NCBI GenBank assembly: GCA_964016885.1
Contig: OZ024753.1
Span: 16,306,001 to 16,370,000, forward strand
Direction: 5' to 3'
Source: Eledone cirrhosa
Taxonomy: Eukaryota
Length of the DNA stretch: 64,000 nucleotides
A program made the position numbers and the translations under genes. Position 1 is the first letter of the stretch; every line of letters begins with the position of its first letter. Under the pieces are notes generated by a model. The model had not been told where the DNA came from. It was given only the letters and a program-made list of their open reading frames with translations, and made no database searches. This document shows, piece by piece, positions 26,462 to 37,786 of this stretch.

Positions 26462-26526
26462 CCGATGTCCTGTAATTCAGCACCGAAACATCGGGGTATC
26501 CAGGATACATTTACAGCTGACGATGG
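26462..26526 (+). ncRNA. Candidate non-circularly permuted hammerhead ribozyme
   Basis: CCGATGTC pairs with GAAACATCGG (stem III, GUC site). CTGTAA pairs with TTACAG, which directly precedes CTGACGA (stem I). Stem II is weak. Confidence 0.55.
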
Positions 26527-26662
26527 AAACTCCTTCCTTTCTCCTCCTGTTCCGTCCTAACCACCATCCTAAACCCTATATATATATATATATGTATATA
26601 TAACCAAGCAAATTATAAATGTAAACATGTCAGTATGTTTTTGAAACGGTGCGCGAGTTTGA

Positions 26663-26876
26663 AAATTAGAAATTATAAGCTTTCACCGTATTTTAGACTA
26701 AAGAAATTTCTAGCCTGATAGTGGGGTTTATAACCCTCGGAGAAATGGAAAAAGATGAGTGTTGCCGTACATGGCAACACTCATCTTTTTCCATTTCTCC
26801 GAGGGTTATAAACCCCACTATCAGGCTAGAAATTTCTTTAGTCTAAAATACGGTGAAAGCTTATAATTTCTAATTT
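26663..26876. repeat. Perfect 104-bp-arm palindrome with 6-nt loop
   Basis: Arms 26663-26766 and 26773-26876 are reverse complements. The loop is GTACAT. Confidence 0.95.
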
Positions 26877-27031
26877 CTAATATATATATAACTTTGACAA
26901 TATATGAACAACCGTCCGGTTGTGGAACCAACCAACCGGAAATTTATAAATTCTTAAATTTATAATAAATTGGAGTGAAAGCAACTGGTGCGTGTGTTTC
27001 TTATTGGCAACATGACCCTCCCAAAGCATAA

Positions 27032-27071
<40 letters not shown>

Positions 27072-27762
27072 TTTCTGTATAATGAATAACCACTGATAAT
27101 GTATAAAATCTGTAATATAAAGATTTGAAACCCAAGTTAGCAGTAAAACTTTTAACTTTTGTATGCACTTCATATATCTATTGATGATAATTTTATGTAA
27201 ATAATATTCTGTTTTAATCACTTTTAATCATATCTGATGTGTATTTCCATATTCCCTATTACATAGTGGGAGATGATTAAATTATGAATGAGTGAGTGAG
27301 TGAGTACACCACCTTTACTGACACCTTGACAGCCAAGCCATTGAAATGATGGTACAACACAACTTTGTTGATCACAAACATCTGACTATCGAGTCTGTTG
27401 AAGAATATTTTAAATATCTTCAGATAAATTATATTGATTTCTAAGTTAGTAATTTAGGCATGAGGCCAGAAATTGGGGGAAACAGGTAAAGTTCATGAAG
27501 TCAACCAGAGTACTTGACTGGTACATTATTTTATTTACCCTGGAAAGACAAGATCACATAAAACAGAACAAAGAAGAGACACAAAGTAACAAAGTAGTCA
27601 CTGAAAAGGTCACAATGTGTGGCAAAAGTGTTTTAACAAATAACAAACAAACAATCATCCAGTTATTAAACTAACTGACTGGGAAATTATAATGATAAAT
27701 AAATAATAAATGTATTTTTATTGGCAGCATGACCCTCCAAATATAAATATCATCAATGTATA

Positions 27763-27842
<80 letters not shown>

Positions 27843-27919
27843 CACACACACACACACAACAATTTTCTGCCTCGATGGCAAGAGATCAGCCATCGAGCCC
27901 AGGCTCTCTTTTGTATATA

Positions 27920-28320
27920 TCATCAACATCATCATTTTACGTCCACTTTTCCCTGCTTGTAGGGTGGGACGGGAACTGATTCTGGCTTGATTTCTACAGA
28001 TGGATGCCCTTCCTAACACCAACCTCATTTACAGTGAGTGCTGTGTGCTTTTTTTTCCGTGGCGCCTCCACGACCACTTTAGAGTGAGTGCTGGGTGCTT
28101 TTTTTTCCGTGGCACCTCCACAACCACTTTAGAGTGAGTGCTGGGTGCTTTTTTGCCGTGGCACCTCCACGACCACTTTTCAGTGGAATGATAGGGTCCC
28201 TATCATCTCATTTCTACAGCTGAGTAAACTGGAGCAATGTGAAATAAAGTGTCTTGCTCAAGGAAACAACACATCACCCAGTCTGAGAATTGAACTCACA
28301 ACCTTTCGATTGCAAGGCCA
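27920..28320 (-). mobile_element. CORE-type SINE with three copies of the internal ~50-bp unit
   Basis: Reverse complement of the 48917 family. GTGAGTGCTGGGTGCTTTTTT.CCGTGGCACCTCCACGACCACTTT occurs three times. Confidence 0.85.
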
Positions 28321-28627
28321 TATATATATATATATATATACATAAATCAGTGTATAAAGAGAAATACACAGAGATATATGTGTATAATCATAAGGTATAT
28401 AAAACCACCAGTGCAACGGACATATTAACTATGGATGGAATGGTGAATACAAATTTATTAAAACTATAGCATCTAGACATGTTCCAATTAGACCATGTTT
28501 CGCTATAAAACCCGTGTGTATTTCTCTCTATACACTGATTTATAAAGAGCCTGGAATCTGTTCCTTGAGCTCATTAAATTATAGAGGATTATTGTGAGTC
28601 TTAACATGGATTTTTTGCCCTAGTTTG

Positions 28628-28686
28628 AGGTATATGGTCTGTAATGCGAAGAAATATCTATGATGGCTAGTAGACCACTGATGACG
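28628..28686 (+). ncRNA. Candidate non-circularly permuted hammerhead, second family (related copy at 29193-29251)
   Basis: AGGTAT/ATATCT stem III with GAAA 28651-54 and AUA site at 28634. TGGTCTG/TAGACCA stem I directly precedes CTGATGA 28678-84. Confidence 0.5.
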
Positions 28687-29308
28687 GATATTCCTGGTTT
28701 CTATTTCTATTTCTTCATTTATTATATATATCCTATTTGCAACAACACAGCTCACCATTTTTCATTCATATATGCTTTCTCCTTCGCTGTGATCTCCTCC
28801 TCCCTTACTGCTATCCTCTTTCTCTCTCCCCCTTCTCTCTCCTCCCTCTTACTTTCACTCACCCCCTCTGTTCGTCACCCTCTCGGCTAGCCTCTTCCTC
28901 ACACTTTCACTCACTCACTCTCTGCTACTCACCCTCTCTCTCTCACTTCCTCCATCGTCCCACACCGTACAAGATTCTTTCCTCGCTCACATCCGCATGG
29001 CCAAGATATGTCTTTGCCTTCTCGTCAATATTCGCAAGTTCTTATGTTCAAAATGAATTATTGACTTGATTTTCTCATTTTTTCCTCTCTTTACGTTGCC
29101 TCACCATTCGTGTTTGTTTACCTGTCTCTCTTTCACCACCCAAATCTTTTTATCCCAATAACTTAATTTAGTTATTGTATCGCCCTAGGCGGAGGTATAT
29201 GGTCTGTAATGCGAAGAAATACCTATGATAACTACTTGTCAACTGATGACGGATATTCCCAACTTCTATTTCTAATTCTTCATTTATTATATATATGTAT
29301 GTATATAC

Positions 29309-29638
29309 ATGGTGGCTGCCAACTCGTTTTCGAGTATGGCCACTACTTTATATCCATGTAGGAGAACCCCTACCGATGCGCTGAACGAGTGTGACTTTTT
29401 AGTCCAGCCAGCGACTTGAAAACTCTGGTACAAACACTACACTTGTGACAATTATTGACACAGTGTTGGGCCCATTGTACCATGTGACGACAAGTGTAGA
29501 GAGATCTCCAGATATAAAGCAATGCATGTGCCGTGAAGCTTTTATAGTGAGCAAAGGCACTGCACAAAGCCAGTCCCACTCTCTTAACCAAGATGATATT
29601 TACCAAAAAGAACAAGTCAACATCATTGGATACCATCA
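29309..29638 (-). mobile_element. RTE/BovB-like LINE 3' end with C2H2 finger and (TATG)n tail
   Basis: CSVCTRVFKSLAGLKSHTRSAHR. A close inverted copy lies at 33300-33706. Confidence 0.8.
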
Positions 29639-29651
29639 TACATACATACAT

Positions 29652-30100
29652 TGAAAATAAAAACTGCCACCAAATTAAAGCACAACCGGCCTGATATTGT
29701 AGTTTGGGACCACACATTGAAAACGTGTTCTGTTGTGGCGATCAGCTGCCCACTTGATGTAAACGTTGTCAGAAAAATACAGGAGAAGGAGGACATCTAT
29801 GGACCATTGATGAGGAGTTTACAAATCCAGTATCCAAGATACACCTTTAGCTTCATACCCATCATTATTGGTGCTACGGGTTATATACAACCCGCTTGGA
29901 CCAAAGTATGACTGAACTTGGATTTGTGGACAAAAAGCGCAGCTCCCTAATTCATAGTCTACAAATGGATAGCTGGCACCTTCAAAATTTGCAAAACATT
30001 CTTGCGATTCAAGGGATGACAATTTCTTTTCTTTTACAACCTTGCCACCAGGAAGGTGGCCGGTCAAAAAAATATACTCGAAATTAAGAGAAAGAGAAAA
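29652..30100 (+). mobile_element. R2-superfamily (R4/Dong-like) non-LTR 3' fragment with restriction-like endonuclease
   Basis: HNRPDIVVWD...ISCPLD...KIQEKEDIY...IPIIIGATG. (TACA)n on both sides. Confidence 0.8.
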
Positions 30101-30113
30101 TACATACATACAT

Positions 30114-30149
<36 letters not shown>

Positions 30150-30520
30150 AATATATTTTGAATATTTTGAACTGGTCTATAGAATTCTCTTGGCCTTTGT
30201 CACTCTAAGTAGAACTTTAAAGAATTAGCTTTTAAAGAATTTCCCTTTTCTTTAAATCCATCAACCATGATCGACCCCCAACGATCTTATAGACACCTGA
30301 AATATAGGCATTGTTAGCTTAAGAGAAACTTAAAAATAAGGAGTGGCACCCCATTCTGAACTTGTTTATAGAATTCTTTCTGCCTTTGTCACTCTTAATA
30401 TAAATTATAGCCTTAATGAATTCCCTTTTCTTTCAACCAATGACCTCCACCCATTCCACTCCCTACCTTCTCCTACCACCTGAAAAGAGCTATAAATACA
30501 ACATTTATTTTTGGAAAGCC

Positions 30521-30571
30521 AGATTCCTGATGATTTCTAAAGAATGAAACAGTTCTAGTCCTGTAGAATCT
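30521..30571 (+). ncRNA. Type I hammerhead ribozyme
   Basis: Stem I AGATTC/GAATCT, CTGATGA 30527-33, stem II TTC/GAA, GAAA 30546-49, stem III CAG/CTG, GUA cleavage at 30565. Followed by (TA)n. Confidence 0.8.
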
Positions 30572-30642
30572 CATCTATATATATATATATATATATAGTA
30601 ACGAAACATAAATCAATTGCATGAACTCATAATCCTTTATTT

Positions 30643-30698
30643 ACTGCTATATATATTTCGATGATAACCATTGAATGGCTATGACCTCATCAGGCAGT
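30643..30698 (-). ncRNA. Type I hammerhead ribozyme (palindromic stem III)
   Basis: Minus strand reads ACTGC-CTGATGA-GGTCATAGCCA(TTCAA)TGGTTATCATC-GAAA-TATATA-TA-GCAGT. Confidence 0.75.
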
Positions 30699-30989
30699 TA
30701 GTCAGTTCTTAGATATGCCAGCTCTGTGTGTATAGTGTTGATGGTATCAGAGCCTTGGGACATATGAGCTTGTTAGGAATAATTTAATGTTATCAGCAGG
30801 AATAGTCTTGATTCTCATTGGTCAGTTTGTAGATGGTAGTAGGTTGGTATTTGACCTCAAAGAGGCAGGTGGTTCTGTAAGGTTCAAACCGTCAAGCAAG
30901 ATGACAATAGTTCCACATGACTGATTTTCACAAAAGGCATTCTTGGTCAGATATATTTTCAAATAATGTTAATAGTATGAAATAGATAC

Positions 30990-31175
30990 TTGTTTCTACT
31001 TTAGGCACAAGGCCAGCAATTACCCAGTGCATTACTGGTACTTTATTTTATCGACCCCATATGGATGAAAGGCAAAGTCAACCTCGGCGGGATTTGAACT
31101 CAGATCGTAAAGGGACGTAACTATGCTTGAAAGCATGGCGTTCGACCCTCTACCGATACTGCCAATCCACCGCCC
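30990..31175 (-). mobile_element. Meta-type tRNA SINE
   Basis: Reverse complement of the 3585-3778 family. Confidence 0.85.
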
Positions 31176-31822
31176 TTGTATGAAATAGATACTACAGGTC
31201 ATTCTTAAATTGAGGGATGTATGTGGAGTGGTGCTCCTGAAAATGATGGTTGGAGTAGAAAGTTTACAAAGAAAAAGGCTTATGTAGGTTGGCTTGCACT
31301 ACACTCACACACACCTACACAGACACACACACACATCCACACATCCACAAAGTGGGGTGGTAATACTTAATATAATGGTTAGAGTCCAATACATAGATAG
31401 TTTAGAAAATTTAGAAATAAAAGGTTTATGCTGGTTCACTTGTACATACACTCACACCTAGCCCCTCAAACACTCACACATCTACACACACAAATCCATA
31501 CAGGCGTGCATATATACATATGCATGCATGTACGCACAAGTATACACATATATATATATATACATATATATAATATATATGTATACACAGAACATACATA
31601 TATATAAAATATATACATACAAAAATATAAAAAATATATATATACATAGAATACACACACACACAAAACATATACACACGTAAGACATACATATATATAT
31701 ATATATAAAAAAATACACATACACACATATATATATATATAAAATATATACATACAGATATGCACACATATATAAAAGATACGCATACACACACACATAA
31801 AATACACATATATATACACATG

Positions 31823-31853
<31 letters not shown>

Positions 31854-31855
31854 TA

Positions 31856-33075
31856 TGAAATCAGGTTCAATAAAACGTGGTTTAGATGACTCCCAACCAG
31901 TAGAGGATCCGGTGGACCATCCACCTTAAGGAGCGCAAACCATGGGTGGTTGTTGTTGTCCATTGGTCATTGGTACGGGGTGTAAGGGGCCTACAGGGGG
32001 GGTGGGGGCATAACCGGGGTTTATCCATATAGCTTGAGGAAAGTTCCCGTCCTTAGGTGTCTGCAGGCACCGAATAAGTCGGCCCTTCTGTTTAATAGCT
32101 TGGTTCCGCCATGAAGAATCTCGAGTGTCTCACTAAGACAGAGGTTGCAAATACCAGACCCCCCCTCTGTCTGGGGGAACCTTTCTAACCATGGACCAGA
32201 CCAGAGAGTGCGGGGTCTTTTCAAGTTTGAGCTTCCAGATCAATTCAGAAAGGGCCGTACATTTCCTCTTATCTATTCTGTTAAAGGAATGGTGATGGTT
32301 ATACCACCGATCTTTGAAGCTCGTCGCTGTGGATCCTATGTAGTGGTGCTCCGAGTTAGGGGTTGTGACCTTGCACCTGTAGACCACGTTTTTGGTCATG
32401 CATTCATTACTAAGGGGGCATAGCGATGGGTCTCTGCAATTACATGACCTCTTAAGCCCCACCACATGTACCGCGTGGTTACCATCACTCGGGGTTGGCT
32501 GGGTAGCCTCCGCAATCAGTACAGGGTCATTGGGTTCCGGTGTGCTAGTTGGGCCTGTCCAGGTTCCGATGCGTACCGCATGCTGGTTCTGTTGGGTGGC
32601 TCCGGGGTTACGGTGGTATTAGAGGTAGTGAGCCTATTCCTATTTAGGCCAGCTATGTGCTGGGCTACAGAGCGTGTGGTTGAGTAGGAAAGTTTCACCG
32701 TGTGCCTGTTAAATATTTTATGGTACTTATGGGCCCTAGGGAAACATATATCCAGTACTCTAAAGAATGTTCTAGCCAGGCTGGTACGTAGACCCACCGA
32801 GTACGGAGGGTTATACCATGTGACCTTCCTGGTCCTATTCTTGCGGGGTTGTTGGGTGTCCGTCGTGGGCCATCGCGTGGTTGTGCACAGCTCAGGTTGA
32901 GCTCGGTTGGTGTCACTTGGGTGTGCGGAGCGGTCACTATCATGAGGGTTATATAGGCCCACCGTGGGGCTATAAACCTGCGAGGTGCGGCCTCCCTGCT
33001 CAATTAGGATTCGGCGGGTGGTGGGGCCGGTGTAGGGGTGCCTATGCTCCGCAGCACAGTGGTCTTCAGCATTGT

Positions 33076-33078
<3 letters not shown>
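31856..33078 (-). mobile_element. Penelope-like element 3' part with GIY-YIG endonuclease (Naiad-like, tentative), frameshifted
   Basis: [11 protein letters not shown]...[30 protein letters not shown]...YIGST...FKDRWYNH, CNLCLSE...LLNRR...CRH. (TA)n on both sides. Confidence 0.85.
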
Positions 33079-33135
<57 letters not shown>

Positions 33136-33248
33136 ATATATATATATGTATATATATGTGTATATATATATATGTATATATATGTGTATATATATATGTA
33201 TATATATATATGTGTACATATATATATATGTGTATATATATATATGTG

Positions 33249-33279
<31 letters not shown>

Positions 33280-33299
33280 ATATGTATATCTCTCCGGGA

Positions 33300-33706
33300 G
33301 AGATGACCCCTTAGCCTTTGTCAAGGCAGAATTCTAGGAGAAGGAAAACTCTGATATAACACCTGCAACCCTGATGGTATCCAATGATGTTGACTTGTTC
33401 TTCTTTTTGGTAAATATCATCTTGGTTAAGAGAGTGGGACTGGCTTTGTGCAGTGCCTTTACTCACTATAAAAGCCTCACGGCACAGGCATTGCTTTATA
33501 TCTGGAGATCTCTCTGCACTTGTCCTCACGTGGTACCATGGGCCCAGCACTATGTGTCAGTAATTGTCACAAGTGTAGTGTTTGTACCAGAGTTTTCAAG
33601 TCGCTGGCTGGACTAAAAAGTCACATTCGTTCAGCGCATCGGTAGGGGTTCTCCTACATGGATATAAAGTAGTGGCCGTACTCGAAAACGAGTTGGCAGC
33701 CACCAT
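33300..33706 (+). mobile_element. RTE/BovB-like LINE 3' end, (TATG)n tail
   Basis: Reverse complement of 29309-29638. Confidence 0.8.
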
Positions 33707-33863
33707 GTATGTATGTATATATATAAGTTTATCCCGGGTTCAATCGGGGTAACCACAGTAAGTAAGGTACTCAATACATAGCAGAGTATAAATATTTAAT
33801 ATAGAAATTATAGAAATGGCTTCTACAGGACTAGAACTGTTTCATTTGGGAGAAATCATCACA

Positions 33864-33912
33864 GCTTCCTGATGATTTCTTCCGAATGAAACAGTTCTTG
33901 TCCTGTAGAAGC
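33864..33912 (+). ncRNA. Type I hammerhead ribozyme (30521 family) with an inverted partial copy at 33810-33861
   Basis: Stem I GCTTC/GAAGC, CTGATGA 33869-75, TTC/GAA, GAAA 33888-91, CAG/CTG, GUA at 33907. Confidence 0.8.
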
Positions 33913-34227
33913 CATTTCTATATTAAATATAAATATATACATATAAGCAGAATAAATGGAGGAGAAGGCAATACATTTAAAACCAAACTTTACATCTTAC
34001 ACAGTGTTTCATTAATAAAATAACGAATAACAGTTCACACATATATTTTTGTGCATGTACGCACAAATATACATTGTTGTTGGAGAAGCAACCGTTATTT
34101 CTAGTGTACTGTATATCACACTTTTTCTCTCTCCTCCTTTTTTATGATACATATCTCCTCTCTCTCTCTCAGATAGAGAGATAGATAGGTAGATAGAGAG
34201 ATAGACAACCAGACAGATAGATAGATA

Positions 34228-35206
34228 TGTTTCTTTATTAGCCACAGGGGCACAAAAGAAGGGGACAAATACAAAGGGGGGAGTTTACATACAATAAAAA
34301 CGTGTAAAATATTATCACAAATGCAATTTAAAAATTAGTCGATTTTCCCCAATAGGGGGAGACAGTTTATATGGGTAACACATACCCCCGAAAAAAAGAA
34401 TGTGCAACCCTCATCTCCAGGAGTACGAAGAGTTTGTATTCCTTTCCTCTCCTCCTCCTTTTCCTCAACCCACAGGCTGATATAGAGAGAAGGCCCATTC
34501 ACTCGGGCCATTCTTGCCACTTTCACCCACCTTTCATAAAACTTGCTGGGGTACAGCACCTCTCTCTCCATCCTGATTCTTCTTCCAAAGTGGTATTTGA
34601 AAAAAAGAATCAGTTGTTGGCCGGAGAGAAAGGTGTCTGACCTCAGCCCTTTCAACCGTGTCCACCATACAACCTCTTTCGCCATAGCTATCACACAAAG
34701 GAAAACCGCCTCTCCTTCATTTTTGAAGGAGGGTGGTGGTTTGATCATGACAATGGACTCGGTGGTCAACCGGATTGGTCCCACCCCCGCGACAATAGTC
34801 GTTCTACTTAGCCCCACAGGTCGGTGACGCCCAGGCAGTGTATGAATGCGTGCGCAACGGTTTCTTCGTCTCGCACGCACCTCGGACAGATCTTTTTTGC
34901 AGGGTCCCTGCCCGGGCGCCCATGTCTGTAGAGCTGGTCTCAAACTGGTAGAGCTCTTCGGTAGCACTGCCAGGCCAGGGACTTTTGGAAGCTGTCCATC
35001 GGTCCCAGGCGGAAGGTCCTACCGAACAGACTGGCTAGTTCGTCCTCCTCTACGCCCAGAGTTTCTCCGAGCACGTCGTCGCACTTGCTGCTGATCAACC
35101 CTCTATAGAATGATGAAGTGGAGTCTCCACTGATCGCCGGGTCCGCCTGCCAGAGGGCTGTGAGCGCCTGAGCACATTCGATGTGCCAGTCACCCATTTT
35201 CCTAGG
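34228..35206 (-). mobile_element. Tx1-clade LINE 3' fragment (copy 3)
   Basis: AMAKEVVWWTRLKG...FFKYHF...RWVKVARM and SFQKSLAWQCYRRALPV, homologous to 7300-7990. GATA/GACA repeats at both ends. Confidence 0.85.
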
Positions 35207-35473
35207 TAGACTGGTAGACAGATAGATTGGTCGATAGATAGAGAGACAACTGACAGGTAGACAGACAGATGGACAAATAGATAGAGATGACGGTAGTTTT
35301 GAAATTTTCTTCATTTACTTTTCACGTAATGAATGAAGGAGAAAGAAAAACAATTTGCTGTTTAAGTAAGGAAGTAAAAATAACTATTTCAGAAGATCGT
35401 TAAATTGATGAAATAACTTTTAGTTTATTGATTGGTTTTATACTTTTGTCTTTGTCCTTTTATTTTAGTATTG

Positions 35474-37786
35474 AATGATGATGATGATGATGATGAGGGT
35501 GGTGGTGTTGGTGATGATGATGGTTGTAGTGATGGTGATGGTGGTAATGATGATGGTGGTAGTGATGGTGGTGGTGGTAATGATGATGGTGGTGGTGGTG
35601 ATGATGGTGGTGGTAGTGGTGGTGGTGGTAGTGGTGGTGGTGGTGGTGGTAGTGGTGATGGTGGTGGTAGTGGTGATGGTGGTGGTGGTGGTAGTGATGG
35701 TGGTGGTAGTGATGGTGGTGGTAGTGATGGTGGTGGTAGTGATGGTGGTGGTGGTGGTGGTAATGATGATGGTGGTAGCGATGGTGGTGGTGGTGGTAAT
35801 AATGATGGTGGTGGTGATGGTGGTGGTAGTGGTGGTAGTGATGGTGGTGGTAGTGATGGTGGTGGTAGTGATGGTGGTGGTAATGATCATGGTGGTGGTG
35901 GTGGTGATGGTGGTGGTAATGATGATGGTGGTAATGATGATGGTGGTGGTGATGGTGGTAGTGATGGTGATGGTGGTAGTGATGGTGATGGTGGTAGTGA
36001 TGGTGGTGGTGGTAGTGATGGTGGTGGTGGTAGTGGTGGTAGTGATGGTGGTAGTGATGGTGGTGGTGGTAGTGATGGTGGTGGTGGTAGTGATGGTGGT
36101 GGTGGTAGTGGTGGTAGTGATGGTGGTAGTGATGGTGGTGGTGGTAGTGATGGTGGTGGTGGTAGTGGTGGTAGTGATGGTGGTAGTGATGGTGGTGGTG
36201 GTAGTGATGGTGGTGGTGGTAGTGATGGTGGTGGTGGTAGTGGTGGTAGTGATGGTGGTAGTGATGGTGGTGGTGGTAGTGGTGGTAGTGATGGTGGTGG
36301 TGGTAGTGATGGTGGTGGTGGTGGTAGTGATGGTGGTGATGGTAGCGATGGTGGTAGTAGTGATGGTGGTGGTAATGATCATGGTGGTGGTGGTGGTGAT
36401 GGTGGTGGTAATGATGATGGTGGTAATGATGATGGTGGTGGTGATGGTGGTAGTGATGGTGATGGTGGTAGTGATGGTGATGGTGGTAGTGATGGTGGTG
36501 GTGGTGGTGATGGTGGTGGTGGTAGTGATGGTGGTGGTGGTGGTAGTGGTGATGGTGGTGGTAGCGATGGTGGTGGTAGCGATGGTGGTGGTGGTGATGG
36601 TGGTAGTGATGGTGATAGTGATGGTGATGGTGGTAGTGATGGTGGTGGTGGTAGTGATGGTGGTGGTGGTAGTGATGGTGGTGGTGGTGGTAGTGGTGAT
36701 GGTGGTGGTAGTGATGGTGGTGGTGGTAATGATGATGGTGGTGGTGGTGGTAATGATGATGGTGGTAGTGATGGTGGTGGTAATGATGATGGTGGTGGTG
36801 GTGGTGGTGGTGATGGTGGTGGTAGTGGTGGTAATGATGGTGGTGATGGTGGTAATGGTGGTGGTGGTGGTGATGGTGGTGGTAATGATGGTGGTAATGA
36901 TGATGGTGGTAGTGATGGTGATAGTGGTGGTGATGGTGGTAGTGATGGTGATAGTGATGGTGATGGTGATGGTGGTAGTGATGGTGGTGGTGGTAGTGAT
37001 GGTGGTAGTGATGGTGGTGGTGGTAGTGATGGTGGTGGTGGTGGTGGTGATGGTGGTGGTGGTGATGGTGGTGGTGGCGGTGGTCGTGATGATGGTAGTG
37101 ATGGTGGTGATGGTGGTGATGGTGGTGGTGGTGATGGTGGTGGTGGTGATGGTGGTGGTGGTGGTGATGGTGGTAGTGGTGGTGATGGTGGTAGTGGTGG
37201 TGATGGTGGTAGTGGTGGTGATGGTGGTAGTGGTGGTGATGGTGGTGGTGGTGGTGATGGTGGTGGTGGTGGTGGTGGTGATGGTGGTGGTGGTGGTGGT
37301 GATGGTGGTGGTGATGATGGTAGTGATGGTGGTGATGGTGGTGATGGTGGTGGTGGTGATGGTGGTGGTGGTGATGGTGGTGGTGGTGGTGGTAGTGATG
37401 GCGGTAGTGATGGTGGTAGTGATGGTGGTAGTGGTAGTGATGGTGGTAGTGATGGTGGTAGTGATGGTGGTGGTGGTAGTGATGGTGGTAGTGGTGGTGA
37501 TGGTGGTAGTGATGGTGGTGGTGGTGGTGGTGGTGGTAGTGGTGGTGGTAGTGATGGTGGTCGTGGTAGTGATGGTGGTAGTGGTAGTGATGGTGGTAGT
37601 GATGGTGGTGGTGGTGGTAGTGATGGTGGTGGTGGTGGTAGTGATGGTGGAGGTGGTGGTAGTGATGGTGGTGGTGGTGGTAGTGATGGTGGTGGTGGTG
37701 GTAGTGATGGTGGTGGTGGTGGTAGTGGTGGTGGTGGTAGTGATGGTGGTGGTGGTGGTGGTGATGGTGGTGGTGGTGGTGATGAT
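35474..37786. repeat. 2.3-kb compound (GGT/GAT/AGT)n trinucleotide array
   Basis: Direct reading. The ORFs in several frames are artefacts. Confidence 0.95.

Noticed and set aside
26517-26535. Canonical minimal hammerhead reading CTGACGA-TG-GAAA-CTCC
   Set aside because: No downstream stem III or stem I partner exists. The permuted reading explains the upstream complementarity better.
32516-32518. TGA in the Penelope ORF as selenocysteine
   Set aside because: The downstream GIY-YIG ORF is in a different frame and the codon is not at a conserved Cys, so a frameshift explains it.
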